A DNA stretch of 64,000 bases, taken from IMG/VR virus record IMGVR_UViG_3300032219_002522, positions 51,840-115,839 of that record; one strand, 5' to 3'. Source of the stretch: a virus (Duplodnaviria > Caudoviricetes). The position numbers and the translations under genes were made by a program. The notes under the pieces are model-generated. The model saw only the letters and a program-made list of their open reading frames with translations, made no database searches and was not told the DNA's origin. Positions 46,224-55,766 of the stretch are shown piece after piece (position 1 is the first letter of the stretch; each line of letters starts with the position of its first letter).

Positions 46224-48542
46224 ATGGAAAAAAATATTAATCCGGAGATCAACAGATTAAATATGGAGACTTCTAAGAATGCCGCAGACTCCTTAAGAGA
46301 ATGGGCTGGACTAGGATCAGAAAAGAAACCTGTTGCTTCTTCTTTCCTAAACGGTTCTACCGCTCAAATGTTAAAAGAGTCACAAATGCCAGACGTTTCT
46401 ACAACCCCTAAAAATAATGTTGTTTTTAGTTTTGGACTAGTTAATACAGTTTCTGCATTAAAAAATTCATCCTTAGGTGATTTACCTGCTGGTAAGATAC
46501 TTCTTGAAAAATACGAACATATACTATTAGGAAAAGGCGTATCAGAAGCTTTCGTTTTTGAAGGACTCTTAAATGATCTTCAATCTTTCTCTTGGGAGAA
46601 TTCAGTATCTGAAGCATTAGAAAATCTAAATAGAACTTTCGAAAACAGAAGAAGAGAAATAGAAGTACTTAAGGCTTACGAATCTATAAAAAATTCTCCA
46701 GGAAGAGAGCTTTTCTCTGATGCTACAGCTCAGATGAAAAACTGGTTACTCGCTGAAAATAAATCCAGCGATACACTTATCCACGGACTTAAAAGCTTTG
46801 GATTTAATCCATTGGTTAGAAATCTAGTTAGCTTCCTATCTCTTTATGAAAACGAGAACTCTGGTAAATTCCATGTAGGATTTGATAATAATGTTTGTAA
46901 GATAGACAGCCTTTATTCACCTATTACAGTTAATGAGAGCGAGACATTATTCTATTCATCTGGTAAATTCTTGAAGATGGATCACGAGTCGGGTGTTATT
47001 CAAGAATGTAACATGGACGAAGTACCAGAAGAACTTGCAGATAAAGCTCAAATAGTTACCGATAGAGACGTAAAAATTGATAACAATAAGATTTCATTAA
47101 ATATCGGAAATAACAAGGTAGAGATCGTATTTACAAACGAATCTAAGGAAGTTTATTTCGATGGTAAAATAATAAACGAAGAAGATCTTCCACTTGCAGT
47201 TAGTGTTTCAACTAACAATCTTTTAGAAAGTTCAAACCACAAAATAAACAAAGCGGTTTTCGTAGCTAAAAATGCAGAAGATATCGTTGATATCGATTTT
47301 GGTAAAAAAATCAAATCTAAAGTATACGAAAACGTAGAGGCTAATATATTTAAGACTGAAGCAGGAATTTATGTTCAAACTGTTAATCCTGCTATGAGAT
47401 TAAATAAAATCTATGAAGCTAATGCAACACAAGCAATTAACATAATCAAAGATTTTATTAAGTACGATATCTCTGAATCCCTAACAGAATTCTTAGAAGG
47501 CGAACAAGCTTTCTTAAGCGTTATGAAAAATGATAAGAATGAGATCATTAACAATATCGGAGTATTGGAGAATCAGCTTATGAAATTAGACAGAGCTAAG
47601 AAAGATAATCCTTTACTTGTTAATTCTAACGAAATTATTACTTTAGAAGAAAGCATCCATGACGAAATCTCATCTCTTCAAGACAGATGGAATCAAATTA
47701 ATCTTGAAATTTCTAGATTCGAAAGCAAGGCTAAAGAAGTTCCTTCAATTAACGAAGATCTTGGATATCCTATCGATACTGAGGTTAGAATTAAAAGAAA
47801 TGGAAATAGAGGTAGAGTTATAGGAGTAGATGGAAGCTCTAAAACTTATACTATACTTTTCAAAGAAGGTAAAACAGGAGAATATTTCTTCTCTGATGTT
47901 GAAGATTTAGAAGATGAAATCGATCGTTACGATATTAAAGCTCCAGATCTTGATTTAGAATATACTAACGAGTCAAATCAAAACTTTGCAAATGCACCTG
48001 GTAACAGAGGAGGATCACACAAAGATTCTAGAATCGAAAGTCTTTCTAAAAAACATATGGCTCAGGCTCCTGATAAAAAAACAGGATCTTCTTCTAAGTT
48101 TATAAACAATGAAAAAGGAACTATGGCAGGTTTACCTAAGAGTGGTAAATCAGCACCTTTAACAGGAAGAGGTGTTAAATCTAGTTCTGCTAATATGGCA
48201 GATCTTCCTAATAAAGGAAAAGGAGGAAGCGGAAAAAAATTCATCGACAGTCTAGAAAATTTAGATCTTGCTAAAGCACCAAGTGCTTCTTTAAAAGGAT
48301 CTGCTAAGTTTATTCAGGATTTAAAAAATATGAATTTAGCTACTCTTAAAGAGAGTCAAAAAAATTCTCATGTCGAGAAAGCTCCTAAAGGTAAATCAGA
48401 AAAGTCTAAGAAATTTATGGAAGACGAAGACGATTTTAACTTTGCAGATGCTCAAGGAAACAGCAAAAAGAATGGTAAAAGATTCGCTGAAAATGATAAA
48501 GTAGCAAATTTTGCTTCTGCTCCTAGAACAAAAAAAAAGTAA
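46224..48542 (+). CDS. Large late protein, possibly prohead core/internal protein
   Basis: 772 aa; many (L/I)xE motifs; repeated (F/M/L)AxAP units; ends at A_AAA_AAG TAA. Confidence 0.75.
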   Translation: MEKNINPEINRLNMETSKNAADSLREWAGLGSEKKPVASSFLNGSTAQMLKESQMPDVSTTPKNNVVFSFGLVNTVSALKNSSLGDLPAGKILLEKYEHILLGKGVSEAFVFEGLLNDLQSFSWENSVSEALENLNRTFENRRREIEVLKAYESIKNSPGRELFSDATAQMKNWLLAENKSSDTLIHGLKSFGFNPLVRNLVSFLSLYENENSGKFHVGFDNNVCKIDSLYSPITVNESETLFYSSGKFLKMDHESGVIQECNMDEVPEELADKAQIVTDRDVKIDNNKISLNIGNNKVEIVFTNESKEVYFDGKIINEEDLPLAVSVSTNNLLESSNHKINKAVFVAKNAEDIVDIDFGKKIKSKVYENVEANIFKTEAGIYVQTVNPAMRLNKIYEANATQAINIIKDFIKYDISESLTEFLEGEQAFLSVMKNDKNEIINNIGVLENQLMKLDRAKKDNPLLVNSNEIITLEESIHDEISSLQDRWNQINLEISRFESKAKEVPSINEDLGYPIDTEVRIKRNGNRGRVIGVDGSSKTYTILFKEGKTGEYFFSDVEDLEDEIDRYDIKAPDLDLEYTNESNQNFANAPGNRGGSHKDSRIESLSKKHMAQAPDKKTGSSSKFINNEKGTMAGLPKSGKSAPLTGRGVKSSSANMADLPNKGKGGSGKKFIDSLENLDLAKAPSASLKGSAKFIQDLKNMNLATLKESQKNSHVEKAPKGKSEKSKKFMEDEDDFNFADAQGNSKKNGKRFAENDKVANFASAPRTKKK

Positions 48543-48793
48543 ATAAATTACAGATAAATGAGTCTGTTGACAAAGACCCAGACGAGGGCGTTGGCAACAG
48601 ACTCAATTTTGTTTTAGACGATTTGAAAAATTGTTTAGAAAAAATAAAAGAATTAGAAACTTCTAGCGAAGAAAATGGTAAGATAGGTATAGAGACAATT
48701 AGAAATTCGAGGAAAAATTTGGAAGAATTAAGGGTTAATTTAGAAAAACAGATAGAAAAACTCCAAAATAATATTCCAAACCAAGAAGAATGA
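48527..48793 (+). CDS. ATG-less -1 frame coiled-coil extension of 46224..48542 (KVNKLQINESVDKDPDEG...QNNIPNQEE)
   Basis: Open from after TAG 48524-26 to TGA 48791-93, which overlaps the gp55 ATG; not in the ORF track. Confidence 0.7.
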   Translation, partial: NKKKVNKLQINESVDKDPDEGVGNRLNFVLDDLKNCLEKIKELETSSEENGKIGIETIRNSRKNLEELRVNLEKQIEKLQNNIPNQEE

Positions 48794-49146
48794 TATACGT
48801 AAAAAACAAAGAGCTAAAAAGAGCTCTACTCGAAAGCAAAGAAAAAGGTCAACTAACCGATGAGACCGTTAAGATGTTTACCCTTATAGTAAACGGTATG
48901 TCTAAAACACATTCATACAGAGATAATGAAGATCGTGAGGATTGCATGTCCTCAGGATTGGAAGATTTGGTTAAGTATTGGAACAGATATGATCCTGCTA
49001 AATCAGATAATCCTTTTGCCTTTATATCTCAAATAGCACATAATGGAATGAAGAAGGGATGGAAAAAAATACATCCGCCTAAATCTCCAAAGACTATTCC
49101 TTTTTCTAGAATAGTTCGCGAAGAGAATTCCAATTATAATGTATAA
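48790..49146 (+). CDS. Late-transcription sigma factor (T4 gp55-like)
   Basis: YVKNKEL, YRDNEDREDCMS, YDPAKSDNPFAFISQIAHN. Confidence 0.85.
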   Translation: MIYVKNKELKRALLESKEKGQLTDETVKMFTLIVNGMSKTHSYRDNEDREDCMSSGLEDLVKYWNRYDPAKSDNPFAFISQIAHNGMKKGWKKIHPPKSPKTIPFSRIVREENSNYNV

Positions 49147-49190
49147 TTGGAATTCTGTACTAATTTGGAATACATATAGATAAAGCTCGG

Positions 49191-49374
49191 ATGCCAAAAA
49201 AATTTCAATTTAGTGAGAAAGAGAAGATAGACATAATAAATCTTTACACAATAGATAGGGATAATATTAAAAATATTAACTTGGTTTGAAAATAGAGCTA
49301 AGGCTGAGATGACTCAGAAAGAGTGGGAAGATTTTAAAATTATAACATCAACTAAATCTGACTTATTTATATGA
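49191..49374 (+). pseudogene. Probable remnant of a deleted homing-endonuclease-like gene
   Basis: HTH-like start MPKKFQFSEKEKIDIINLY and an out-of-frame HNH-like tail LTWFENRAKAEMTQKEW whose stop is coupled to the next ATG. Confidence 0.4.
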
Positions 49375-49868
49375 AAAATATAAAAAATCTTAAGCCTAAT
49401 AAGAACAGCGTTTATGACCAGGGATTTTATCGTCCACAGAATCCTGAAAAATATATAGGAGATATCCATAATATAATTTACAGAAGCTCTTGGGAAAGAA
49501 AATTTTGTCAATATTGTGACATCAATCCAAACATTACAAAATGGAGTTCGGAATCTCTTTATACTATGTATTGGAACCCAATCGATAAAAAGGAGCACAA
49601 ATATTTTATAGATTATTATATACAGGTAAAAAAACCAGATGATGTCCTAGAAAACTGGCTAATAGAAATAAAGCCAGAAGATCAATATGCACTTCACAAA
49701 AGACCTAAGGAGCCTGTAGGAAATCTAACAGAGAAGAAAATAAGGTCTTATAACGAAAAACTCAAAACGTGGATAACAAATAGAGCTAAGTTTGAAGCAG
49801 CAACTAGATTTGCTGAATCTAGGGGATATAAATTTGGTGCTATAAACGAAAGCTTTATAATGAGATGA
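49371..49868 (+). CDS. Head completion nuclease (T4 gp4 / TnsA-like)
   Basis: QGFYRPQNPEKYIGD, IIYRSSWERKF, WSSE, YFIDY, IEIKP, NRAKFEAA. Confidence 0.9.
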   Translation: MKNIKNLKPNKNSVYDQGFYRPQNPEKYIGDIHNIIYRSSWERKFCQYCDINPNITKWSSESLYTMYWNPIDKKEHKYFIDYYIQVKKPDDVLENWLIEIKPEDQYALHKRPKEPVGNLTEKKIRSYNEKLKTWITNRAKFEAATRFAESRGYKFGAINESFIMR

Positions 49869-50461
49869 TTGAACCTTTTAGAAAAAGATTTAATGACTAT
49901 AAGCTATCAGTATCTGGATTAAGCTCCCTTCCAGAAGAATCATTTATGCACTGGGTAAAAAACTATGTTAATAAAAATTCAGAATTTAATCCATTAAATT
50001 TCTTACAAGGAAAAGTTTATTCTTTTCAATATAACGACAAATTAGAACCAGGTAAGAAGTTCATAAATAAAAGACCCATTATTTTCTTTACTGGATACGA
50101 CAACTACGAGAATAAAAATATTTTCTACGGATTGGATATCGTATTAATATCACCTGTATTTAGATTAGCATTCTTTGAAAGAGTACAGAGTGTATTCCAA
50201 GATCAAATAGAAAAAAATATAAAAAGTCTGGAAATGGGAGAGGGTAGGAATCAATCTCCATTAAAAACAGATTACCAAGTTATGGATACGATACTTAAGG
50301 GAATATCCTATAAACACGCATATCGAGCATGGGATTTAAAAAAAGTTCGTGATGTTATGGAAATTCCTTTTGAAGATTGGACTAGAATAATATATTTGGA
50401 TACTCGATCAATTGAAGGGACCCGGTTAAATGAGATATATAATAAAAATTCACAAGTCTAA
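49865..50461 (+). CDS. DNA end-protector (gp2-like)
   Basis: GKVYSFQY, P.IF, YGLD...SPVFR, IPFEDW; position next to gp4. Confidence 0.6.
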   Translation: MIEPFRKRFNDYKLSVSGLSSLPEESFMHWVKNYVNKNSEFNPLNFLQGKVYSFQYNDKLEPGKKFINKRPIIFFTGYDNYENKNIFYGLDIVLISPVFRLAFFERVQSVFQDQIEKNIKSLEMGEGRNQSPLKTDYQVMDTILKGISYKHAYRAWDLKKVRDVMEIPFEDWTRIIYLDTRSIEGTRLNEIYNKNSQV

Positions 50462-52074
50462 TGGCTGGATTTACTGACGATAAAAAATCATTTTTTAGTT
50501 CTATTATAGACAATATAAAGAAAGTAGGTAGTTTTGGAATGGCCTACGAGGATCTTGTTGTAAAAAATTCTCAAGCAGTAGGTATAACGGAAGCCCAGTT
50601 TCTACAAAAGGGAGGGATTAAAGACGAGTCTTTCTTATTTGGTTTAAGAAGAGCAGATACTACAACTAAACAGTATATAGCTTACTTTGATAAGGACTAT
50701 AAAAATAAAAGACACTATCTACAAGGATTTGCACAAAATCCAGAGATTGAATTCATATTAGATACTATATGTGACGAGTCCATAGTTTATGACGAAAAAA
50801 ACTTCTGGGCTTATTTTTCTTTTATGGAACACGATGATGTTGACGATGAGACATACGAGAAAGTACAAAAAAGATATAAAGAGGTATACAACCTTTTTGG
50901 GTTTAATCAAGACATCTCTGCATGGCATTTATTTAGGAAGTTTTTAGTTGATGGTATTCTAGCATTTGAAATAGTATTTGATAAGAAAGGAAAAAACATA
51001 GTAGGATTTAAAGAATTAGATCCTTGGTCATTAATACCTACTGTCGAAGCTCAACCTGATGGATCTTTCATTGACATATGGATACAATATCCAGATAATC
51101 CGTCCTTGACTAGAAAGCTTTACGATTCTCAGATAATTTATTTAAGTTATGCTAAAGGTGGTGGAACATCCTCTAGAGTTAGTTATTGTGAGAGAATGAT
51201 TAGATCCTTTAATCTTCTTAGAATAATGGAACATACCAGAATTATTTGGAACGTAATGAACTCATCTTACAGGATGGCAATGACAGTTCCTATTGGTACA
51301 AGATCTCCACAGAAAGCAAAACAAACATTAGGAGAGCTAATGTCCATATACAAAGAGGATATAAGATTAAATACAGATAGTGGAGAATTAAGTATAGATG
51401 GAAAACCTAAAATACAATTCTTTAAAAATTATCTGATGCCTTCTTCACCTAATGGTACACCAGATATACAACCTCTACCAGGTGGGGGTGACGCAACTGC
51501 TTTCTCTGATACTACAGTACTTAAATATTTTGCAAACAAATTAAGAATGGATTCAAAGATACCTGCTACTAGATTTGGTAGAGAAGAATCGGGATCTGAG
51601 GGAACTATTACTTTTACTGCAGAGGGATTAGATCAGGAAGAAGTTAGATTTGGTAAATTTATTAACAGATTAAGATCTATATACCAAGAGATATTGATGA
51701 AGCCACTTTGGGTTCAGTTCTGTTTAGATTTTCCTCACTTAAAAAAGGATTACATAATAAAATCTGAATTTGGATTAGATTACGTAAAAGAGAATATGTT
51801 CAGAGAGGCTAAAGAAATGGAAGTTTTAACAGCAAGAAAGGATCAGGTTATTAAAATATCTGCTCTTATGGATTCTGCTGGTAAAAAATACTTTAGCATG
51901 GATTTCTTAGTTGACAGATGGCTTGGAGTAAAAGGACAAGACCTTCTCTCCAACAAAAAAGCTAAAGAAAAGGCAGCTGAAGAGAAGAAAAAAGCAGCTG
52001 AAGCTGAAGCAGGAGCTACCGGAGCAGAAGGAGCTACTGGAGCAGAAGGTGGGGGTGACGAATTTACACTATAA
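50461..52074 (+). CDS. Portal protein (T4 gp20-like), copy 1
   Basis: PEIEFILDTICDE, FLVDG, ELDP, LRIMEHTRIIW, KAKQTLGELM, EEVRFGKFINRLRSIY. Confidence 0.88.
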   Translation: MAGFTDDKKSFFSSIIDNIKKVGSFGMAYEDLVVKNSQAVGITEAQFLQKGGIKDESFLFGLRRADTTTKQYIAYFDKDYKNKRHYLQGFAQNPEIEFILDTICDESIVYDEKNFWAYFSFMEHDDVDDETYEKVQKRYKEVYNLFGFNQDISAWHLFRKFLVDGILAFEIVFDKKGKNIVGFKELDPWSLIPTVEAQPDGSFIDIWIQYPDNPSLTRKLYDSQIIYLSYAKGGGTSSRVSYCERMIRSFNLLRIMEHTRIIWNVMNSSYRMAMTVPIGTRSPQKAKQTLGELMSIYKEDIRLNTDSGELSIDGKPKIQFFKNYLMPSSPNGTPDIQPLPGGGDATAFSDTTVLKYFANKLRMDSKIPATRFGREESGSEGTITFTAEGLDQEEVRFGKFINRLRSIYQEILMKPLWVQFCLDFPHLKKDYIIKSEFGLDYVKENMFREAKEMEVLTARKDQVIKISALMDSAGKKYFSMDFLVDRWLGVKGQDLLSNKKAKEKAAEEKKKAAEAEAGATGAEGATGAEGGGDEFTL

Positions 52075-52082
52075 ATTAAAAA

Positions 52083-53753
52083 ATGGCTGGATTTTTAGAT
52101 AACTTAGGAAAAATAAATCCGAATATCTCTAGGATATTAAAAACTATTAGCGGATTAGGGTCTTTTGGTATGGAATACAAAGACATGGTAATTCAAGACT
52201 CAATGGCAATAGGTGTATCCGAAGCTGATATGAGAGAAAGATTTGGATTTACTGATTCTGACGAAGATTTTATTTATAGTATAGCTGCACAGGATACTTC
52301 CAACAGAAAATATATTGCATACTTTGATAAAGATTATCCGTTCAAAAGAGACTTCCTTAGAACATTTGCTTTAAATGCTGAAATAGAATACATCTTAGAC
52401 ACTATATGCGACGAAGCTGTAGTTTATGATGAGAAGAACTTCTTTTGCCATCCAGCACTAATGAGTATGGATCTAAAAGAGGATGTGGTTAAAGCCCTAA
52501 GAAAAAATTTCAGAAAACTATACGTGTTACATAACTTTGCTAACGGTCTTACTGGATGGCAATATTTTAGACAGTTAGTAGTAGAAGGATTTTTAGCTTT
52601 TGAAATAATATACTCTAACGACGGAAAAGAAATAGTAGGTTTTAAAGAATTAGACGCAGTGAGCTTAACACCTGCAATAGAGAAAAAGCCTGACGGAACA
52701 AGAGAAACTATATGGTGGCAGTATTATGGAGAAACTGTAAGACAAAGAAAGCTACTTGATGCTCAGGTCGTTTACATATCTTATGCTAAAGCAAATACTG
52801 TTTCACGTGTTTCTTATACTGAAAGACTTATAAGATCATACAACTTATTAAAAATTATGGAGCATTCTAGGATAATCTGGAATGTTATGAATGCTCAATA
52901 TAGAATTAAAATGACAGTTCCTATTGGAAGTAAAGCTCCACAAAAAGCTAAAGAGACTTTAGGAGAGCTTATGTCAGTATACAAGGAAGATATTAAGTTG
53001 GATACTATATCTGGTGAATTATCGATAAACGGTAGACCCGATGTGCAATTCTATAAAAACTACTTATTCCCTCAACAAGGGGGTGAATCAGTTAAGATAG
53101 AGACTCTGAATGCACAAGGTCCTAATCTAAATGTAATGGATTCTGTTGTTTATTTCTATAATAAACTAAGACAAGATTCAAAAATACCTTATAATAGATT
53201 CTCTTCAAGATTTGGGGTTGGGTCTAATAACGTATTTAAGACTGGAGCTGATGGAGCAGAAAGAGATGAAGTTAGATTTGCTAAATTTATAACAAGACTT
53301 AGATCTATATTCCAAGAGATAATAGTTAAGCCTTTATGGATACAAATGTGTCTTGATTTTCCAGATCTTAAGAACGATTCTGAATTTAGAAGTCAGATAG
53401 GTGTTAAATTCGAAAGTGATAATCTATTTGGTGAATCAAGAGAAATAGAGCAGCTAATAAAGAAAATAGATTTCATAACATCAATGGGCGAAATCAAAGA
53501 AACTATAAACGAGGAAGAGGTTCAATTTTTCGATCAGAATTTTATGATTGAGCGATGGCTAGATCTATCATATGACGATATTCAACTAAACAAGTCATAC
53601 GTAAAGAAAGCTGAAGAAGCAGGAAAAGCAGGAGCAACCGGAGCAGGAGCAACCGGTGGAGAGGCAGCACCAGGAGCAGAAGCAGCTACCGGAGCAGAGC
53701 CAGCAGCAGGAGCAGAACCAGCAGCAGGAGCAGAGCCAGCAGCAGAGATTTAA
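52083..53753 (+). CDS. Portal protein (T4 gp20-like), copy 2
   Basis: AEIEYILDTICDE, KLRQDSKIPYNRF, RDEVRFAKFITRLRSIF; GAEPAA tail. Confidence 0.88.
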   Translation: MAGFLDNLGKINPNISRILKTISGLGSFGMEYKDMVIQDSMAIGVSEADMRERFGFTDSDEDFIYSIAAQDTSNRKYIAYFDKDYPFKRDFLRTFALNAEIEYILDTICDEAVVYDEKNFFCHPALMSMDLKEDVVKALRKNFRKLYVLHNFANGLTGWQYFRQLVVEGFLAFEIIYSNDGKEIVGFKELDAVSLTPAIEKKPDGTRETIWWQYYGETVRQRKLLDAQVVYISYAKANTVSRVSYTERLIRSYNLLKIMEHSRIIWNVMNAQYRIKMTVPIGSKAPQKAKETLGELMSVYKEDIKLDTISGELSINGRPDVQFYKNYLFPQQGGESVKIETLNAQGPNLNVMDSVVYFYNKLRQDSKIPYNRFSSRFGVGSNNVFKTGADGAERDEVRFAKFITRLRSIFQEIIVKPLWIQMCLDFPDLKNDSEFRSQIGVKFESDNLFGESREIEQLIKKIDFITSMGEIKETINEEEVQFFDQNFMIERWLDLSYDDIQLNKSYVKKAEEAGKAGATGAGATGGEAAPGAEAATGAEPAAGAEPAAGAEPAAEI

Positions 53754-53840
53754 TTGAAAACTTATTGATTTTATTTAGTATAATATTTAAATCCTTTTTA
53801 TTTTTTAAATTGGTTTTCTATATTAGCTAAAAATAAATTC

Positions 53841-55169
53841 ATGCAGAAAGAACTCAGGATCCTATTAGAGATAGAAAATGCTACTGGAAATGGATCACAA
53901 AAGATCAAACAAGATCTTATAAAAAATAACTATTCCAAAGAACTAGAGTATCTCTTAAAAGTTGCATTAGATCCTTTCCTTACAACAAAGTTACACAAAC
54001 TAGAGGTAATAGAGAAGTCCCCATATTTAGTTGATACTGACTATGATCCATTTGATAAATTCAAGGATCTAACATCTAGGCTTTTTATAGCTCCTGCTTC
54101 TAATGATAAATTTAGAGAGGAAGCATTTGAATTAGTGAATTGTATAGATCTTTCATTTGACGAAAGAAAAATCCTAGCAAAGGTGTTAACCAAAAGGTTA
54201 AACATTGGAATAGGAGCAAAACTTATTAACAAGGCTTTTAATAAGGAAGTGATACAAGATCCCAGTTTAATGCTTGCTCAAGATGATGAAGACGAAATAA
54301 AGAAATGGGATTCTATCATTTGCGAAGAAAAATATGACGGTGTTAGAGTTATTGCTTTTATCTCAGGAGAAGAAGTAAAGTTTTACACGAGAGCATTTAA
54401 CGAGATTCCTAATCAGTATCTTAAGAAAATTGCAGACGAGTGTATGATCCTTCTTAAAAATTCAGGACTCAAAGGGGAATGGTTTTTTGACGGGGAACTT
54501 ACAGATGCAAATAGGAAGAGCGTATCAGGAAAAGTAACCCAAATGTTAAAAGGAAAACCGATGGAATCTATTGGTGACGATTTATTCTATAATGTTTTCG
54601 ACCTTGAAGATGGTGAGACACTTAAGACTGGGAAAGGTATTATTCCTTTCGATGTTCGAAGAAGTACATTAGAGGGTGTTTTTATGACGTATAAGACAAC
54701 TTTGGTAACTCTTGCAGATTCTTTCTTGACTAAAGAAAAAGAGGACATATACGCTTATTATAATAAGATCGTCGCACGTGGGGGTGAGGGAGTAATTTTA
54801 AAAAGTCCTGAGCATGTATACGAATGTAAGAGATCTAAGAATTGGATAAAACTTAAGGAAGTAAATGACTGTGACTTAGTAATTACTGGATGGTACCCTG
54901 GTGAAGGAAAAAGAGAAGGATTCATTGGAGGATTCTATTGCGAAGATTCATCCGGCAAAATAAAGGTTAAGGTAGGTGCAGGATTTACAGATCAGGATCT
55001 TAAAGATCTTAGTGAAAATCCGGATTCACAAATCGGTAAGGTGTGTGCAATACAATATAATGTTGTTATAAACGACAAGAACAACAACTGGTCTTTATTT
55101 CTACCTAGATTTGTAGAGATTAGGCATGATAAAGATCAAGCAGATGATATGACTGGTTTATGTAAATAA
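53841..55169 (+). CDS. ATP-dependent DNA ligase
   Basis: EEKYDGVR, FDGEL, VFD, EGVILK, RSKNWIKLK, VGAGF, LFLPRF. Confidence 0.95.
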   Translation: MQKELRILLEIENATGNGSQKIKQDLIKNNYSKELEYLLKVALDPFLTTKLHKLEVIEKSPYLVDTDYDPFDKFKDLTSRLFIAPASNDKFREEAFELVNCIDLSFDERKILAKVLTKRLNIGIGAKLINKAFNKEVIQDPSLMLAQDDEDEIKKWDSIICEEKYDGVRVIAFISGEEVKFYTRAFNEIPNQYLKKIADECMILLKNSGLKGEWFFDGELTDANRKSVSGKVTQMLKGKPMESIGDDLFYNVFDLEDGETLKTGKGIIPFDVRRSTLEGVFMTYKTTLVTLADSFLTKEKEDIYAYYNKIVARGGEGVILKSPEHVYECKRSKNWIKLKEVNDCDLVITGWYPGEGKREGFIGGFYCEDSSGKIKVKVGAGFTDQDLKDLSENPDSQIGKVCAIQYNVVINDKNNNWSLFLPRFVEIRHDKDQADDMTGLCK

Positions 55170-55184
55170 TATAAATTTTAATAT

Positions 55185-55766
55185 ATGGAAGTTAAAACAA
55201 CAAAATTTTTAAAGGGTTTATGTAGGATTCATGGAGAGACTGATTTTTATATTTATAAAGGAGAGGCACATAAGTGTGCTGAGTGCACTAAGAAAAAATC
55301 TAAAGAATGGAGTTTAAAAAACACTAGTTACACAAGACAATATTCGATTAAATATAGGGAAGAAAATCTGGATAGAATAAAACACCTAAACGACAGACAC
55401 AAGGAAATAAGCAGGAGGAAAACAATGGAAGCTCAATCCGATTTTTATGAAAAATTTGGAGCCTACATAGAAGAGATAGCATCTAAAATTTCTTTAAAAA
55501 AAATACCTAGTGTTCAGAAATTTAAAGGAATGAATAATCCTACCGAGGATAAAATACTTAAAATTCTTATAAGATCTAAAAGAGCCCAATTAACCAGCTA
55601 CGAGAGATATAGAGCTTCTTCGATGGTTAAATGGAATCATCTTAAGTCTCTTAATATGAAATCTGCAACAGAAGAGCAGAAATCTATTATAAGAGATGAG
55701 TATAAAAGAATAGCACAGAAAGTTGTTGATGCTGAGATGGAAAGAATACTAAAAAATATTAAATGA
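55185..55766 (+). CDS. Basic hypothetical protein with N-terminal CxxH/CxxC zinc finger
   Basis: CRIHG...CAEC; inserted between ligase and clamp loader. Confidence 0.65.
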   Translation: MEVKTTKFLKGLCRIHGETDFYIYKGEAHKCAECTKKKSKEWSLKNTSYTRQYSIKYREENLDRIKHLNDRHKEISRRKTMEAQSDFYEKFGAYIEEIASKISLKKIPSVQKFKGMNNPTEDKILKILIRSKRAQLTSYERYRASSMVKWNHLKSLNMKSATEEQKSIIRDEYKRIAQKVVDAEMERILKNIK

